From assembly GCF_018977255.1 (NCBI RefSeq), contig NW_024704743.1, positions 68,760,001-68,824,000 of the forward strand: a stretch of DNA of 64,000 nucleotides, read 5' to 3'. Every line of letters starts with the position of its first letter. Within the stretch, counting starts at the first letter, position 1. The notes under the pieces are model-generated. The model worked only from the letters and a program-made list of their open reading frames with translations, did no database searches and was not told the origin of the DNA. The translations under genes and the position numbers were made by a program. The DNA is from Callorhinchus milii (Eukaryota). Positions 26,415-40,058 of the stretch are shown here, piece after piece.

Positions 26415-26735
26415 ATGACCCGAGCTGGGAGTTGGGGTCAGGAGGGATGGAGGATGGGGAGATGAGGGTGGGAGGGTGGCCGAAGGCACAGTCGAAGAGG
26501 AAGGTATTTCGTCGGGACTCGAAGGAGGCAAGAGAGGGGCTGAGGCGGAGGGATTTGCGGGATAGAGTTGCAGAGTGTGGGGGCAGAGATGCTGGATGCC
26601 TGACCACCAATGGTGGTGCAGAAAGTGCGGGGAACCTGAAGCAGGCCGATGTCCGCCAAGCGGAGGGAGCGGACAGGCCGATATGGGGTTAGGAGGTCAG
26701 AGAGGTAGGTGGGAGCAAGACCATGGAGGGCTTCC
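26415..26735 (-). mobile_element. L2 3' fragment
   Basis: GLLQVPR...TIGGQASSISAPTLCNSIP and FLFDCAFGH motifs. Confidence 0.8.
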
Positions 26736-29700
26736 TCCCCCTAGATCTCTTTCTGCTTCCCCTTTGGTAACATCCATCCCATCCATGGAGTACAGAGTAA
26801 TGTCAATAATGAATGCCCCTCTATCACACAATCACATGCCCTGAGTAATGAATACCCTGGCTAAGATAGATAGCTCAACACAATATGGGGAGAAATTAAA
26901 CTAGGACCTCCCCACTCTTGTTTTCAACAAGCAGAAGAAAAGGTTGCACTTGCAATTTTCAAATTCTTTCTCCCCTTTAAAACACAATCTCTTTAAGATC
27001 GGTTCCAGATGCAACCATCCCTCCCCGGTATATTCCTGCTTCAGTAGGACAGCTGATTTCAAGTTGCAATAAAATAAAATTTGAAGTAAAAGCTATATTC
27101 AGTCCGCTTCCATGAGGCTGAACTCAATCAATCATTAATACAGTACGTTCAGTGTTAGTGTTGGCAACAGCACAAATGATGACAATAAAACATAACCTAA
27201 TAACACCACAATATGATACAGGGAAACGTTGTTAGCTCTCCCTCGGATAAGCATGAGTTTGTTCATAGCATTGATTACCTAAGGACCTGCACCAACCTAC
27301 ACTTGGTTTCTGGCACTGATCAATCAGATTTTAATCTTAAAAAAAATTACTGTTTAAGCAATTTGAGACATCTCCCTGACATGAACTGTGCTTTATAAGT
27401 GTAAATGGCATTGTATTGACTGCGAGGTCGTCGGGTACAAATCGAAAATCTATTTTTTTTTAATTAAGAATTTATGGTACCAGCTCTTAAAGAGTCAAAA
27501 AGCACTGGGATCAGAGACATGTAGGGCATGAAGCAAATACAATCTACTGAACATTGTTTCTTGGCCAAAGATTAACTTTTTTAATTACAGTAACCAAACC
27601 AAAGAGAACTTGCATTTTTACTGTGTCCATAACATTGAAAACTCTCAAAGAACTTCACATGTAATTACCATTAAGTGTAGTGACTGTTTTTTATGGGAAC
27701 CCGATAGCCATTTTGTGCACAGTAAAGTCTCAAACATCCCTAAAACAACTGATCAATTTATCTGGTGAATTGTTGGTCAGGAAATACTCCCTTCTTTTTT
27801 TCCTGAAGAGTGTCATATGATCTTTAACTTCACTGAACAGGTAGACAAGGGCCTCAGTTGGTTTACCAACTCAACCACAGGGCAGCATATCCAACAGAAT
27901 AGCACTCACCCAACAATGCGCTGGAGTGTCAGCCTGGACTATGAGCTCAAGCCCTGATGTGTGGCTTGAACCCAGAATCTTTTGACCAAGTCTGCTAACA
28001 ACTGAGCCAAGCTGACACCTGTGAAAACTGATCTGTTTACGCAGAGCATAATCAATACCTGGGACAAGTTGCCATGAAGGGTGATGGAGAGTTAGACTCA
28101 TTCAAAAAGCAGCTTGATGCAGGGTTGAGGGGGCGGGGGGTTCTGGAGGAATGAGATCGGATGGGCCGAAGCTCCTTCTTCATCCAAATCAATCTTGTGA
28201 TCTGTGCTTTGAATTAATGTCAGAGAATGTTGTATTTTCCAACAATGGTCAGATGAATGAACCATTCATCCAAGATGAATCACTTCCAACACACACAAAA
28301 CAGCTCTGTACCTCCTAGTCCGGGAACAAGACCTTTTGTCTTATTCTGGATGTAGCAACTCTGGTAATGTCTTCTTACTGTGTGTGGTTCAGCTGGTAGC
28401 ACTCTTCACACAGATTATAAGAATGGTCTGGATGAAGATGGACTCATCCTTCCAGAACCCCACCCGCATGACTCTAACCTGTGTTTTAAATGAGTCCAGT
28501 ATCCTGGCCTCTATCACCTTTCCTGACAACCTGTTCCAGTGTTGATCTGTGTAAAGAAAACTTCCTGGTATCTGTCTTGAAATTGCCTTATTCTACTTTT
28601 ATGATACATTGTAAAGTAATGATCTGGGTTTATTTTTTCAATCCCATGTATTTCAATACCCTCTGAGTCATCTTCTCTCAGAACTGAAGAGCACTAGCTT
28701 GTCTATTTGCTGGTAATAACTCTTTCCACCAGCACTGGGGATCATCCTTGTTGCTCTCCTCTACACCTCCTCAAAAGCCTGGATAGGCTCCATATGTCAC
28801 TGTGACCAGAACTGTATTCTATAAAGCAAGAAGACTGTGGGTTCACACCCTGCCACGACTTTAACGCATAATGTAAACTGGCATACCACTAGATAACAAT
28901 GAAGGAATACTGCATTGTTGAAGGTGATGCCTTCTGAAAGAGAAGGTAAAGTGAATAAGGCGCTATGTTAACTGTGAGTTCCTCACACATACCGGCCTGC
29001 ATAGTCATCAACGCACCCATCTACCATTAACCTATGCTCTCTTCATTGTTGGCACCATCATTCTCAAGTACTAAGGACGCACTACTACTACTACTATCTT
29101 AAATGCAGGTAGTATAATAATCTTTGCATTTGCATTTTTGATTATCAGTAGTAATATAATTTTCCCATTATAACCGCTCATCATTAAATTTACTGCACTT
29201 AGCAGCAATAAGAATTCACCCTCAATAGATCTCCTCCATCTTTAGGACATTTAAGTGCTTCAGATCAGGAGAGTCAGAATCAGATCTGCCTTGGCAATCC
29301 AGGCTGGTTGTTTGACGGATGAAAGCCTGGCTGCAAGGCTGGTTGTTTGGCTGAAAGACTGATGTTGTTCTGGCTTTCTACACTTTCATAGCTGTCAATG
29401 TAAGAACGTGATGTGCAAGTTTTATACATTTTACTACAGGCACATACAATCTAACTATTGTGGTGATGAGTCCCCTGAAAGAGCTCAGAATAATCAGTCA
29501 ACTGTGCAGCAATTGAGGAGACTAATGGGATTGGCTAGTATGGGCTTGTGGAGTGATGGTGCATCACAATGTGAGGACTTGGTATCAAACTCCTTCTATA
29601 ATGCAACAGAAATTAAAGGACGTCTAGACAGATCAAGAACCATTCAATAAACTATTCTGTCTAATTCTCAGGATTTCTTTAATAAGTTTATTTTTATCCA

Positions 29701-30774
29701 TAAAATTCCTTTATTTTCTGCTGAATGATCAGACTGGCAGCCTCCATCAGTCCAAACAGTGCTATGATGTCCCTTGAGCTTCTGAATGTTCAGGGTCAAT
29801 ATTTCCTGTCTCCTCCCCAGAAGCCAGCTATTAGTTCATGCAAACTGGAGTGCTAAAATCTGCCAATACTGTAACAGCAAAAAGGCATTCAAGGAGAGTT
29901 TGTAAGGGAAGCTGGGTCACCTTGGGGGAGGAGCAAGCACTGAATGGAGAGCCTTAGGGTCCACTCTGCAGAACCTCCTGTTTCTAGAAATTATAAACAC
30001 TTGAGTCACAGACTGAGGTTAGTTAAACTTGCAGATGACACCAAGTTAAAGGGGAACTGTGGAATCAGTGGTGGAGGCTAAGATTGTAAAATAGAGATCA
30101 CCAGTGCATACTGATCACTAGCAAATGAAGTTCAATACCACTAATGCAATGTATTACATATAGGAAAATGTCCAAACAGTGTGAAGCAGCAAATATCTGC
30201 TTTTTTTCAGCCGGGCAGTCTTGGTACTTGTGGCAGTGTGGAAAGTGGATTGCAGAGAGAGCTGGGAAAAGAAAGAGTAAAGCTGAGAAGCAACGATTTT
30301 TTCGAATAACTTTTACAGAAAAGGTGAATCTCTGACCCCAGTAACTGGTCTGCCCTTCCAAGACCTGCTGATGAGCCAGGCTGGCTGGGCTGTCATCAAC
30401 AGTGCCCTAGAGTACTGTGGACCCGCATGGCTGAGAACCTGGACTACTGAGACTGCCACAGAGGGTTGAGTTGATTCCAAGATTGTGCTGACAATTATGT
30501 CATCTTGAAGAAGGTTTAGCTGCAACTAGACCCTGTTTACCTTCAGGAGGGGTGGAGGGTCGAGAGGGTAGGGTAGGAGGGTGACCAAAAACTCGGTCAA
30601 AGAGGAGGTACTTGAGACGGGCTTTGAAGGAGGCAAGGGTGGAAGCAAGGTGGAGGGTCTGTGGGATGGAGTTCTAAAAGGTGGGGACAGAGAGGCTACA
30701 GGCCCTATGATGGCGTGGACGGGGCGGGGGTCATGGAGCCCATTGAGAGGAGGGAACAGACACAGCCAATAATG

Positions 30775-31770
30775 AAATCCTCCTCCACTGTCTCTCCTCC
30801 CTCATCCACCTCAGTGGGACTGCACTCGCCTGGTTCAAGTCCTACTTTACCAACCGCCAGCACTTCATCTCCGTAAACATTTTTTCCTCCCACCCCGCCC
30901 TGTCATTTGTGGATTATCCGCAGGCCCCTTTTCCTCATTTACATGCTGTCTCTTTGCGATGTTATCTGCAGATTTCAACATGAATGTGGATGATACCCAA
31001 ATCTACTTCTCCTCCAGCTGTAACTTTGTCAGACATTAAGGCCTGGACGAGCACTTACTCCTTAGCTCCCATCAACGTCTTCTTTCCTGTGACTCTAACC
31101 TCCTCAAACTCCCTGGCCTTTCCCTAAAATTTACCGAGCTGGTACATAACCTACCAGCTTTCCTTCCTACCCTATATCCAGTGCCCTAACCAGGACCACT
31201 TTCCTCCACCTCTTGTCACATGGCCCACCCCCAACTGCACCTCACACCCAAAGCACCCAAAACCCTCATCCACGCCTTTGTCATCTCGTGACTCAACTAT
31301 TCAAATGCCCTCCTCCCTAGTCTCTCCAGCCCCATTACCCACAAAATCCAGCTGCTTCAAAACTCCACCGCCCATGTACTCACCCCCTCTAAACTGCGTA
31401 CCCCCATCACACCAGTCTTCGCCAAGCTCCATGGCTTCCTATCACAGAACGGATCGATGTCAAGATCCTCATACTCATCTACAAATCCCTGCACAGCCTG
31501 ACATCTTCCTACCTCTCTGCTTATTCCTACGCCAACACCCACCACCTCTGCTCGACTGGCTCTGACCTCCTGCTTGTCCTTCGTCCCTTCCGTTCCACTA
31601 ACAGTGGCTGTGCTTTCAGCCACTTACCCCAAGCTCAGAAATTCTCTCCCTCAATACCTCCACCTTGCCCCCTCCTTTCCCATTTTCAGATCATACCTGA
31701 AGACCTTCCTCTTTGGCCATGCCTACAGTCACTTCCTCCCTCTCCCCTGCTCAGTGTAAGGCTCCACCGC
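30775..31770 (+). mobile_element. Degenerate L2 RT/3' fragment, with a short opposite-strand L2 piece at ~30550-30750
   Basis: aaaaccctcatccacgcctttgtc (KTLIHAFV), cttcaaaactcc and gtcaagatcctc motifs shared with the other L2 copies. Confidence 0.8.
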
Positions 31771-33129
31771 TGTTAATAACAACAACTTGCACTTATATAG
31801 CGCCCTCCACTCAGGGTAGCGTCTCAGGGAGCTTAACCACTTTGAGTCAAATGCAAGTTGTACTGAGAAGGTAAATAGGTAACTCTTCCATTAAATGATT
31901 CCAGACAAAGAGGACATAACTTTAAAATACAAGCTAAACAGGAAAGGGGGAGTCCAGAAAAAAAATCTTTGTTCAAAGGGACGTGTGAATATGGAAGAGA
32001 CTGCATTGAAACATTTGAGAGAAAGATACTTGTTAAGTACGGATATGAAAGAATAGCGAGAAAAGTCAGGGAAGCAAAATAGATTTAACGGCAGAACAGG
32101 CTCAACAGAGCTACTTCTGAAACTACCTTCGTTTTTTGGCCACCGAGGCAAAATACATATGCTCAAATATCAATATCATGTCGTCTACCTTAGTTGGCTC
32201 AATGTAGTTTGTGACACTTAACACGTAGATCTACTCTAGCAGGGCTTCTTTTTAAAGTAGTGCATGAGAGCAAGGACACTTCATAAATCAACAAAACGCA
32301 CAGCTGAGTGCCAGAGGAATGGAGAAATACTATGGAAGCGTGAACTAAACTGTAGCCGGATACATTTTTCCAATTATTCTGCCTCTCTAGAAAATGTAAT
32401 GAGTCTCAATATATTCATAAATCTTAAAAGCATTTTATTTTGGCTGTAACTAGATCCAAATGTTCCACTTCTACACAGCTGCTGAATGCATGATCACCAA
32501 TGTCAATGTAGGATGCAATGCTCACCCGTAAATGTTAACACTTTCACTACCATATCAAATAGTGAGCTGGTTTGAACCTAACAATGCCCCTTTAAAACTT
32601 AACGAACAGAACAAATTCAATGCTTCTTCTTCGGCAAAGGCAAATAAACAAAAGCTCTAGAATATTTTTTCATCCCCATATCGCCACTGTTCAAATTTAA
32701 TTTCCTTCCCTTCATAGGTAAAATATCCTACCTCACTCCTGATCTAAGCATCACAGAAACCATAATATCCTTTGCAGGATTTATTTATTTCAGTCTGCAC
32801 CTATCTCTCTAATCTTTGATACTTAAATTGACTGCCATGATTTGCCTACAAAATAAAAGTCATTACACTTTACAGCACATCCTGTGAAGTGCTTTCAGAT
32901 GTCCTCTTGACATATACCTTTATATACCTACTTACTGGTAAGCTCAGTAAATTTACCATCAAGCCAAGAATATCTTCTGCGCACACACACACACACACAC
33001 ACACAGTAGTTCACCCTATGATATTAAAGTCATTGTTTAGAAAGATCCTCCCAATATGATAGGCACTATATAAATGTAAATTTATTGTTGTTGAATACTG
33101 GTCCATATACATGAAGACGATTATAATTT

Positions 33130-33440
33130 TTTTTCTGAGTCCATGCTGAATTAGATGATCTCAGTAGAAATGGCAATGGGGGAGTTACAGTACTCCTCAG
33201 TGTTTCTGGCTAAGGAATGAAGAACCAGCCAGGATTCCTTCCCGCTCTCAATTACCTGCTGTTAAGTACACGCACATTGGCATCAGATGAGGACAGCATC
33301 CGACTTGGCTCTGATATCCCTTCATGGTCACATATTGTCTGCCAATACTGACTGTCGAGGCTAACAGATGAAAAATGGCTACTTGGAAAGTTGTGTCTGG
33401 AGCCATGGAATCATAACTCAGCACAAGTCAATGGCTTGAG
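33130..33440 (+). mobile_element. Ancient SINE-like repeat of a further family
   Basis: Patchy similarity by eye to reverse-strand segments at ~34320-34560, ~24950-25140 and ~51930-52040 (e.g. aatggc[t/c]a[c/t]ttgg; cag[c/t]caggat). Confidence 0.45.
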
Positions 33441-33702
33441 AATGGGGGAAATTTAAGGCTGGAAATACAAAATACAAATACAAAATTACATTTGTAAAGT
33501 GGCTTTCAAATCGGGAGGATGTCCAAAGGCACTGGAATCCACATACTGAAATGTCCCTGAATGTTCCAATACACAGTGGTGTAAGGAATATTTTGACTTA
33601 CTTTTCAAATTCAGACATTTAGTAGCAGGTTTTACTGATTGCCACTTGCTGTTCAATTGTTACATTTAAAGCAGCAGTATGTTTTTATTTTTCCATTGTT
33701 CG

Positions 33703-33880
33703 TCACTAATGTTATGACCCTGCTGTTTCTAAATAAAAAACACACACATCTTGTTATAAATAATACAAATATATAGCAGTGTGTATCAATAATACACCAT
33801 ATATATGTGTTGTTTATAACAGACATGTTGTGTTTTGTTATTTTCCTTATTTATCACTCGCAGAATCATAACATTAGTGA
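33703..33880. repeat. Long imperfect AT-rich palindrome (MITE-like)
   Basis: Perfect 15-bp outer arms TCACTAATGTTATGA / TCATAACATTAGTGA, inner arms ttgttataaataatacaaatatat / atatatgtgttgtttataaca, apex gtgtat-caata-atacac. Confidence 0.85.
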
Positions 33881-35249
33881 TTAACATATATGTGGAATAC
33901 ACACTTCTGTTGTAAACAACAAGCATCAGTGATACATAGTGCTATTTGTTATAAACACTGCCTGCTTCAATTGCCAAGTTGACTATATAGGTCACAAGAC
34001 ATGTTGTATGTAATGTAAATGTAAGTATGCTTACATTTCAAGAACAATCTGAGACCAAAATGTATATTTAGAAAATTTAGAATGCATTAGAAAATAGCAA
34101 GTTAGCAGACTGCAGGGGCATATACCTGCCTACCTGCAATGAGAAGCTCTATTTATGTCACACAGACCTTGGTTCTGACCTGAGATCACCTTCAACCCAT
34201 GTTACAATCCATTCACAACCAATTTACATTTATACAGCACCTTTCACATTGGGAGGATGTCAAAAAAGCACTTCACATGTCAAAGAACTATTGAGAAGGA
34301 TGCATAAGGCATTCCCTGCAGGGATACATTTTATATCATGTGGCCCTGGTTCCAACATCAAGGCACCAATTACCCTGCTCCTTTTCCTATAAGCTCTTTT
34401 CAACCTCTTCCAGTGTTTTCAGGCTGCTGGCAGTATCCAGGAGTGTCCAATCCCATCCTTTGCTGACGTGCAGACACAGGCACCTTGTACAAATGTCTCT
34501 AGACAGTGGCCAGGAGCAGGATCCTGACTGATTTTCTGCTTCCTATCCCAGGAGTGAAGAGATCAATAAGAAACATAGGAATCTACAACCAAGAAGAAGG
34601 CTATTCAGTCCATTGAGTCTGCACCGTTCATTGTTTTATCCCATATTTGCCCACAAAATATACAGTCAATCCACTTCACAGTATATTCTGTGTGAAGCGC
34701 TTTGAGATGTCTCAACAATGTGATAAGGTGCTAAACCAAATGCAGAGATGATGATGATGATGATGATTATTATTATTATTATTATTATTGCTTCAAGTCC
34801 CTCTCTTTCATATGACTACTTCCCTCTCGAAAGCTACAATGAACCCAGCCTCCATCTTCCCACTTGGCAGGGCATTCCATATCCAAACATCTCTCTGGGT
34901 ACAAAAAATCCTCTTCTCTTTTTGCTGTTCTTACAAGCATCCAACCGCTGCCTTGTCCAAGACCAGCTAACTCAATGAGGAAAGAGGGCACATCAGATTT
35001 CCATTAAAGCACTCTTGTTAAAATAAGCTGTCAGTTCTATTAGACATTACCACCACCGTGAAAAAGTCAATTAAAACGATTTTCCTGCCTGCAGTCTGAT
35101 TAAACTATTACTGTGACACACTAGTGTGTGACATGGTGCTTTTCCTTCTTATTCTATGTTAACACATTTACACACAAAAGCTGGATTTTTTATTGTGAAG
35201 GGGAGCCATCGCTCTCCCCCAAGTATTTTATTCTCAGTGTATGAAGTAA

Positions 35250-35880
35250 CAATCGGAGGCACAAGTACTCCTTGGATGGGTTGGAACTCAACATGTCAAA
35301 ACAGTGTGAGGCAGCAATAAACAACGCAAACAGAAAGCTAGGCTATATTGCTAAATCATTTGATTTCTGATCCCCAGAAGTCCTACTCAAGCTCTAGTCA
35401 GTCAGCTTCTAGAGACCTGCACCTACAGTTCTGGTCACTGCAGCATAAAGGGGCTGTCTAGCAATGAGGATCATACCCAGTGTTAGAGGAATGAGCTTAT
35501 GATCAATGATTAAACAAGCTGGGGTTCTTCAGTCATGAAAGTAGGAGTCTCAGTGGGGACCTTAGGACTTTTGAGTGGTACACAAGATTTTAAATGAGAT
35601 TGAGAAAATAAACCTAGAATAATACTTTCACCAAGAGAGCAGAACAAGAAGTCCCAGGTTTAGGGCCATAAGGGGTGAAATTTCAGGACAGACACCCAAA
35701 AATATTTGTTTAGCCAGCGGGCAATTAACAAATGAAACAGGTTACCAGGAAGGGTGGTTGAGGCCAATATGTTGGACTCTTTTTGAAAATAGCTTGATGC
35801 TGTGATGGGAGGATGGTAGAGATGATGCTTTGGAAGAATGAGATCAGATTAATCAAAGGTCCTTCTTCATCCGAATCGCT
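35250..35880 (+). mobile_element. Old CR1 3' fragment
   Basis: Degenerate CR1 C-terminal coding sequence (cagtgtgaggcagcaataaacaacgcaaacag; cagttctggtcac). Related pieces at ~19540-19800, 28020-28200, 28430-28820 (-), 30010-30175, 42230-42640 and 25605-25810 (-). Confidence 0.7.
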
Positions 35881-37996
35881 CCAGTGATTTTGTGTTCCCT
35901 GAGCTCTAGCAATTGCCTTCACATCCTCCACAGGGTACTACAATTCTAGACAAACTCCAGATAAAGCTTTGCTTTGCAAGGGAAGTTTCTCCTGGTTTCC
36001 TGGCAAGAATCCCTCAAATAAATTTGGTCACTCACTCCCTGGCTCCTGCTGTGCATAACAGACTGCCACATTTTGCCCCCAAAATACAATCAATCCACAG
36101 TACATCCTGTGAAGCGATTTGAAACATCTCAAATGACATGAAAGTTGCATTATCAAATGTAAGAATTATTATTATTATTTATGTCCCTTGCATCCTTGAC
36201 TCCTGCAACGTTTGTCCCCTTGTCTCTCTCCGAGAACAGTGTCTTTTTTGGATCAGCACCAGTTTTTCATCAATTGACATTGGCATCCTAACAGTGCCAA
36301 TAAGAATTTTCAACAGATCCTAACTTGGCTACTGGAATGTCATACATCCACCAGGTCTCTGACACTCCTATCCCCTCTCACTGATCTGCCAGGATTAATA
36401 TTTATTCAATTCCTTTTACATAATATATAATATTACATTAGATATAGTACCTTATCACATCAGCAAGACATCTTAAACCCTTCACAAGATATACTATAAA
36501 ATGATGTGATGCAATTTACGCACAATGTCCCACAAATAGCCATAATTGAATTGCTGTTATGATTTTTACATATGTTTCTGCACCGTGTGTACTAGGGTTC
36601 AGTTCCTTTTGGAAAACCTCTGTGTTAGTAGTTTGTTCCATATACTTACCGTCCATTTACTAAAGAAAACACAGTATTTTCTATATCTGTGTTCTTAATT
36701 TGATAATATGCCCCACTTATTTTACACATAGCCTTAGATGTCAGCCCGACTCAGTTGGAAGCACTCTCGCATCCAAGTCAGAAGGTTGTGGGTTCATTTC
36801 CCATGTTAGGACTTTGAACACACAGTTCAATACTGCACTAGGGAAACCTTCCATTGTTGGAGGTGGCATCGTTCAGATGAATTATTAAACCAAGGTTCTG
36901 TTTGCCGGTTCAAGTGAACATTAAAGATTGGATGTCACTACTCAAAAAGAGAAGGCATTTCTTCTAGTGTGCTGGAAAAGAACTCCCTAAATAAAAATGG
37001 TCGTTCACTTCATGGCTGTTTGTGCGACTTTGCTGTGTGTAAATTGACTGCAGTGTTTGCCTACAACGTACAATCTCACTACGCTCTACAGTAAATCTTG
37101 TGATGGACTTTCAGACATCTTCCAGACATGAAATCTGCTATATCAATTGCAAGGATTATTAGTATTATATTTATTTAGAATCCTAATGATTTAGATCCTT
37201 TAGAATCTCAAATAGTTCTATACAATTTTCTAGGAGAATTTTGGCCTTCGATAAACAATCTTTCCTCATCCTCCTGACTGCTGAATTCTGAAATAGTGGA
37301 GTCTTCCTCTGCTACAGTCACTCAAACTGAATATTCTTTTCATGTAGAGAAACTATTGCATTGCTGTACTCCAAATCTAGTTTCACTAAAATCACATGTA
37401 ATTTTAAAATATTGTTATTTGTTAAACCCTTAGCTACTTTTTGCTTGCATTTTTAACCACTAGTGTAATTGTAATTACAACCATAGTGATGGTTGTAATG
37501 AGCTGTCTACCAACACCAAGATCTCTACTGTTCTGATAACTCAAGCAATTTTCATTTAGCATTCTACAAAGCATATTCGTCTTCCAAATCTTATAAATTT
37601 ACTTTTATCCCTGTTAACTACATCTGACACCTATTTGCCCAGCTTCTCCATGACCATCTAAATATGTATACATTGGCTGTTTGTAAGATATTGTTACATG
37701 CTAATTAACTGCCACATTCGTCTGCAGCATACAGTCACTTCACTTTACAGTACGTCCTTTGAAGCACTTTGAGACATCCTCTCGATGTGAGAGGAATATT
37801 CAAAGATTATTATTAATTATATAATTAATTTTAATCATCTGCTACTGCTCCCAATTTGTTGTTATCTACAAACCTGAGCATCTTTTTACATGATTTAAAA
37901 AATAATCACAATCTCTACAAACAACTGACACCCAACTAGATATCTTTCCAAGTGCCTCAACCCTTGCTTTCTTTTAATGCTTTGCACCTTTGCACC

Positions 37997-38038
37997 TTCA
38001 AGCTCAATTGAACTGAATACAGTTCAATTGAGCTTGAA
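37997..38038. repeat. Perfect 19-bp inverted repeat with a 4-nt loop
   Basis: TTCAAGCTCAATTGAACTG-AATA-CAGTTCAATTGAGCTTGAA. Confidence 0.97.
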
Positions 38039-39581
38039 CTATATCAATAGTTCACTACGTGCAACAGTATCAAAGTCTTCCTAAAATCCTGGTAAATATT
38101 ATCCATCCACGATGTCTGTAATTTCCTCAACAAAATCCAGTACATTTGTTAGGCACAGTCCCCCCCACTCCCAATGTGAAGCTTGGCTTGGGTATTACAG
38201 CTGCTTCCTGCCTCCAGCCCATATGAACAGGAACTAGAAAAAATATTCAACACAAGACAGTAGCTACTTTGATAGTACAAAAGCTATAAAAATCCAGCTT
38301 CTTTCTATCCTTGAGTATTCTTTTAGTCCGTTTCAATCATTTAGAGCTTGCATAAATGGAGATTTGCTGGAGATTTGTGGAGATGGGAAGGTAAACCTCA
38401 AGATGGAATAATAGTTAGACATATTTAGACTCAATCTGTAAAAGAGCTAGGAAGCTACAATGCAGTACAACATAATTTACATTAATACAGTATAGCGCCT
38501 TTATCATCGCCAGGACGTCTCAAAGCACTGGACACCACTGGCTGGACACCGAAATTGGGGGTGGAAGCTGTGGGGAAAGATGACCGAAAGAGTGGTCAAA
38601 GAGATACGTTTTGATTTCTATAACAAAATGTGCTTGGCCTACTAATTAAAGGGTTAAAGATTGGGGTGATCTGAACACCATCTATAACATTCAACAAGTT
38701 CTTTAGGTTAAAGAAAGGCAATGGAGAGTACTGAAAGGAACCTTCTGAAAATTGCTCTAGGTTGCGCATGTTTAGCCACCAGAGTAACGTGCCTTTCTTT
38801 TGGTTAAAAAAATACAGCATCAGACAGAACAGGTTACATAATTAAAGAATGGTGTTAACTGTGACACCGTCACATACACAGCTCTGCTTCTTGTCATATC
38901 CAGGAATGTTTGATCCAACTGATTCTTATCCAGGTGTCAAATGTCCTTTTTTAAAGTGGCAAATAAAGTGGATATTTATGGAAGTGGGGAGAAATTAGAT
39001 AATAGCTGCGCATATTAGGGGCTGGATCTGTAACAGGCAAAATACAAAAACAGCATATACAGTACTTAGCCCATTTTAAGCCAAGAGCAGTTTGGTAAAA
39101 ATGGAAGTCCATTGCACCCACACTGGGTCAACGGTCGAAATATGAGGAGGTTAAGAATATATGTACAATTGAGAAGGAGAAATTAATGTGGAAGAAGGAA
39201 GTAACACACTTCCCCCCCAAAGCAGATCAGATTACAACACCCAAATTATTCACAGGAATAATGTCTTAGTTTATGCAATCGCTACAGAAACAACTGGAAC
39301 TAACTGGTAATATAAAATTTCGCCCACAAAATACAGTCAGTCCACCGCTTCACAGCGTATTCCGCGGAGCGCTTTGAAACGTCTCGACGACGCGATAAGG
39401 CGCTATATCAAACGCAAGGATTAGTATTATAATACGATTACAAAGCAATGAAACAAAATGAGCTTGGACGCAGCTCAATAACACTGCTCTCCAGTAACTG
39501 GTTGTGTTGTGTGTGTCTATGTGTCTTCCCTCTGTGTGTGTGTGTGTGTGTGTTTGTGCTTCACATTGCGGCTTCACTTAC

Positions 39582-39635
39582 CTCTATAAGGAGCGAAGCC
39601 ACAAGGATTAACACCGCTCTCAGGCTGCGGATCAT
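39582..39635 (-). CDS. VOPP1: VOPP1 coding exon 1 (signal peptide MIRSLRAVLILVASLLIE), 54 nt
   Basis: ATG at 39635-39633, 18 mostly hydrophobic codons, then a GAG|GTAAGT donor. Phase 0 matches exon 2. Same length and ...LLxE ending as the human N-terminus as I recall it (MRRQPAKVAALLLGLLLE). Not in the ORF track. Confidence 0.88.
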
Positions 39636-39865
39636 CTCTGCTCTCTTCTCTCTCCTTCTCTCTCTCTCCTTCTGTACTCCCTCTGTCTCTGTCTTCTCTC
39701 TGTGGCAGGATCTCAGTCACAAGCCAGACCAAAAAAAACCACACACACAGCAACACACAACACACACACACCACAACACACACACAACACAACCCCAAGA
39801 GGCTGCTGTCCAAAACAAACCGAGTTGGGTTATTTGGCTTTCATTTCGACAGAGAGATCCTGGGA

Positions 39866-39955
39866 ATGGAGAGGAGAGGGAGAGGGAGGAGGAGAGGGAG
39901 AGGGAGGAGGAGAGGGAGAGGGAGGAGGAGAGGGAGAGGGAGGAGGGGAGAGTGG
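39866..39955. repeat. Polypurine tandem repeat, unit GAGAGGGAGAGGGAGGAG (18 nt, ~4 copies)
   Basis: Directly visible. Explains the EEERER, GEGG and RGRGRR pseudo-ORFs. Confidence 0.95.
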
Positions 39956-40058
39956 GATGAAGGGTTGGTTTTGATGGTTGTGATGGGAAAAGACGCCTCT
40001 CTCTCTCTCTCTCTCTCTGCGTGTGTGTGTGTTTCTGGCTCCAGCGCTGATCCCACAG

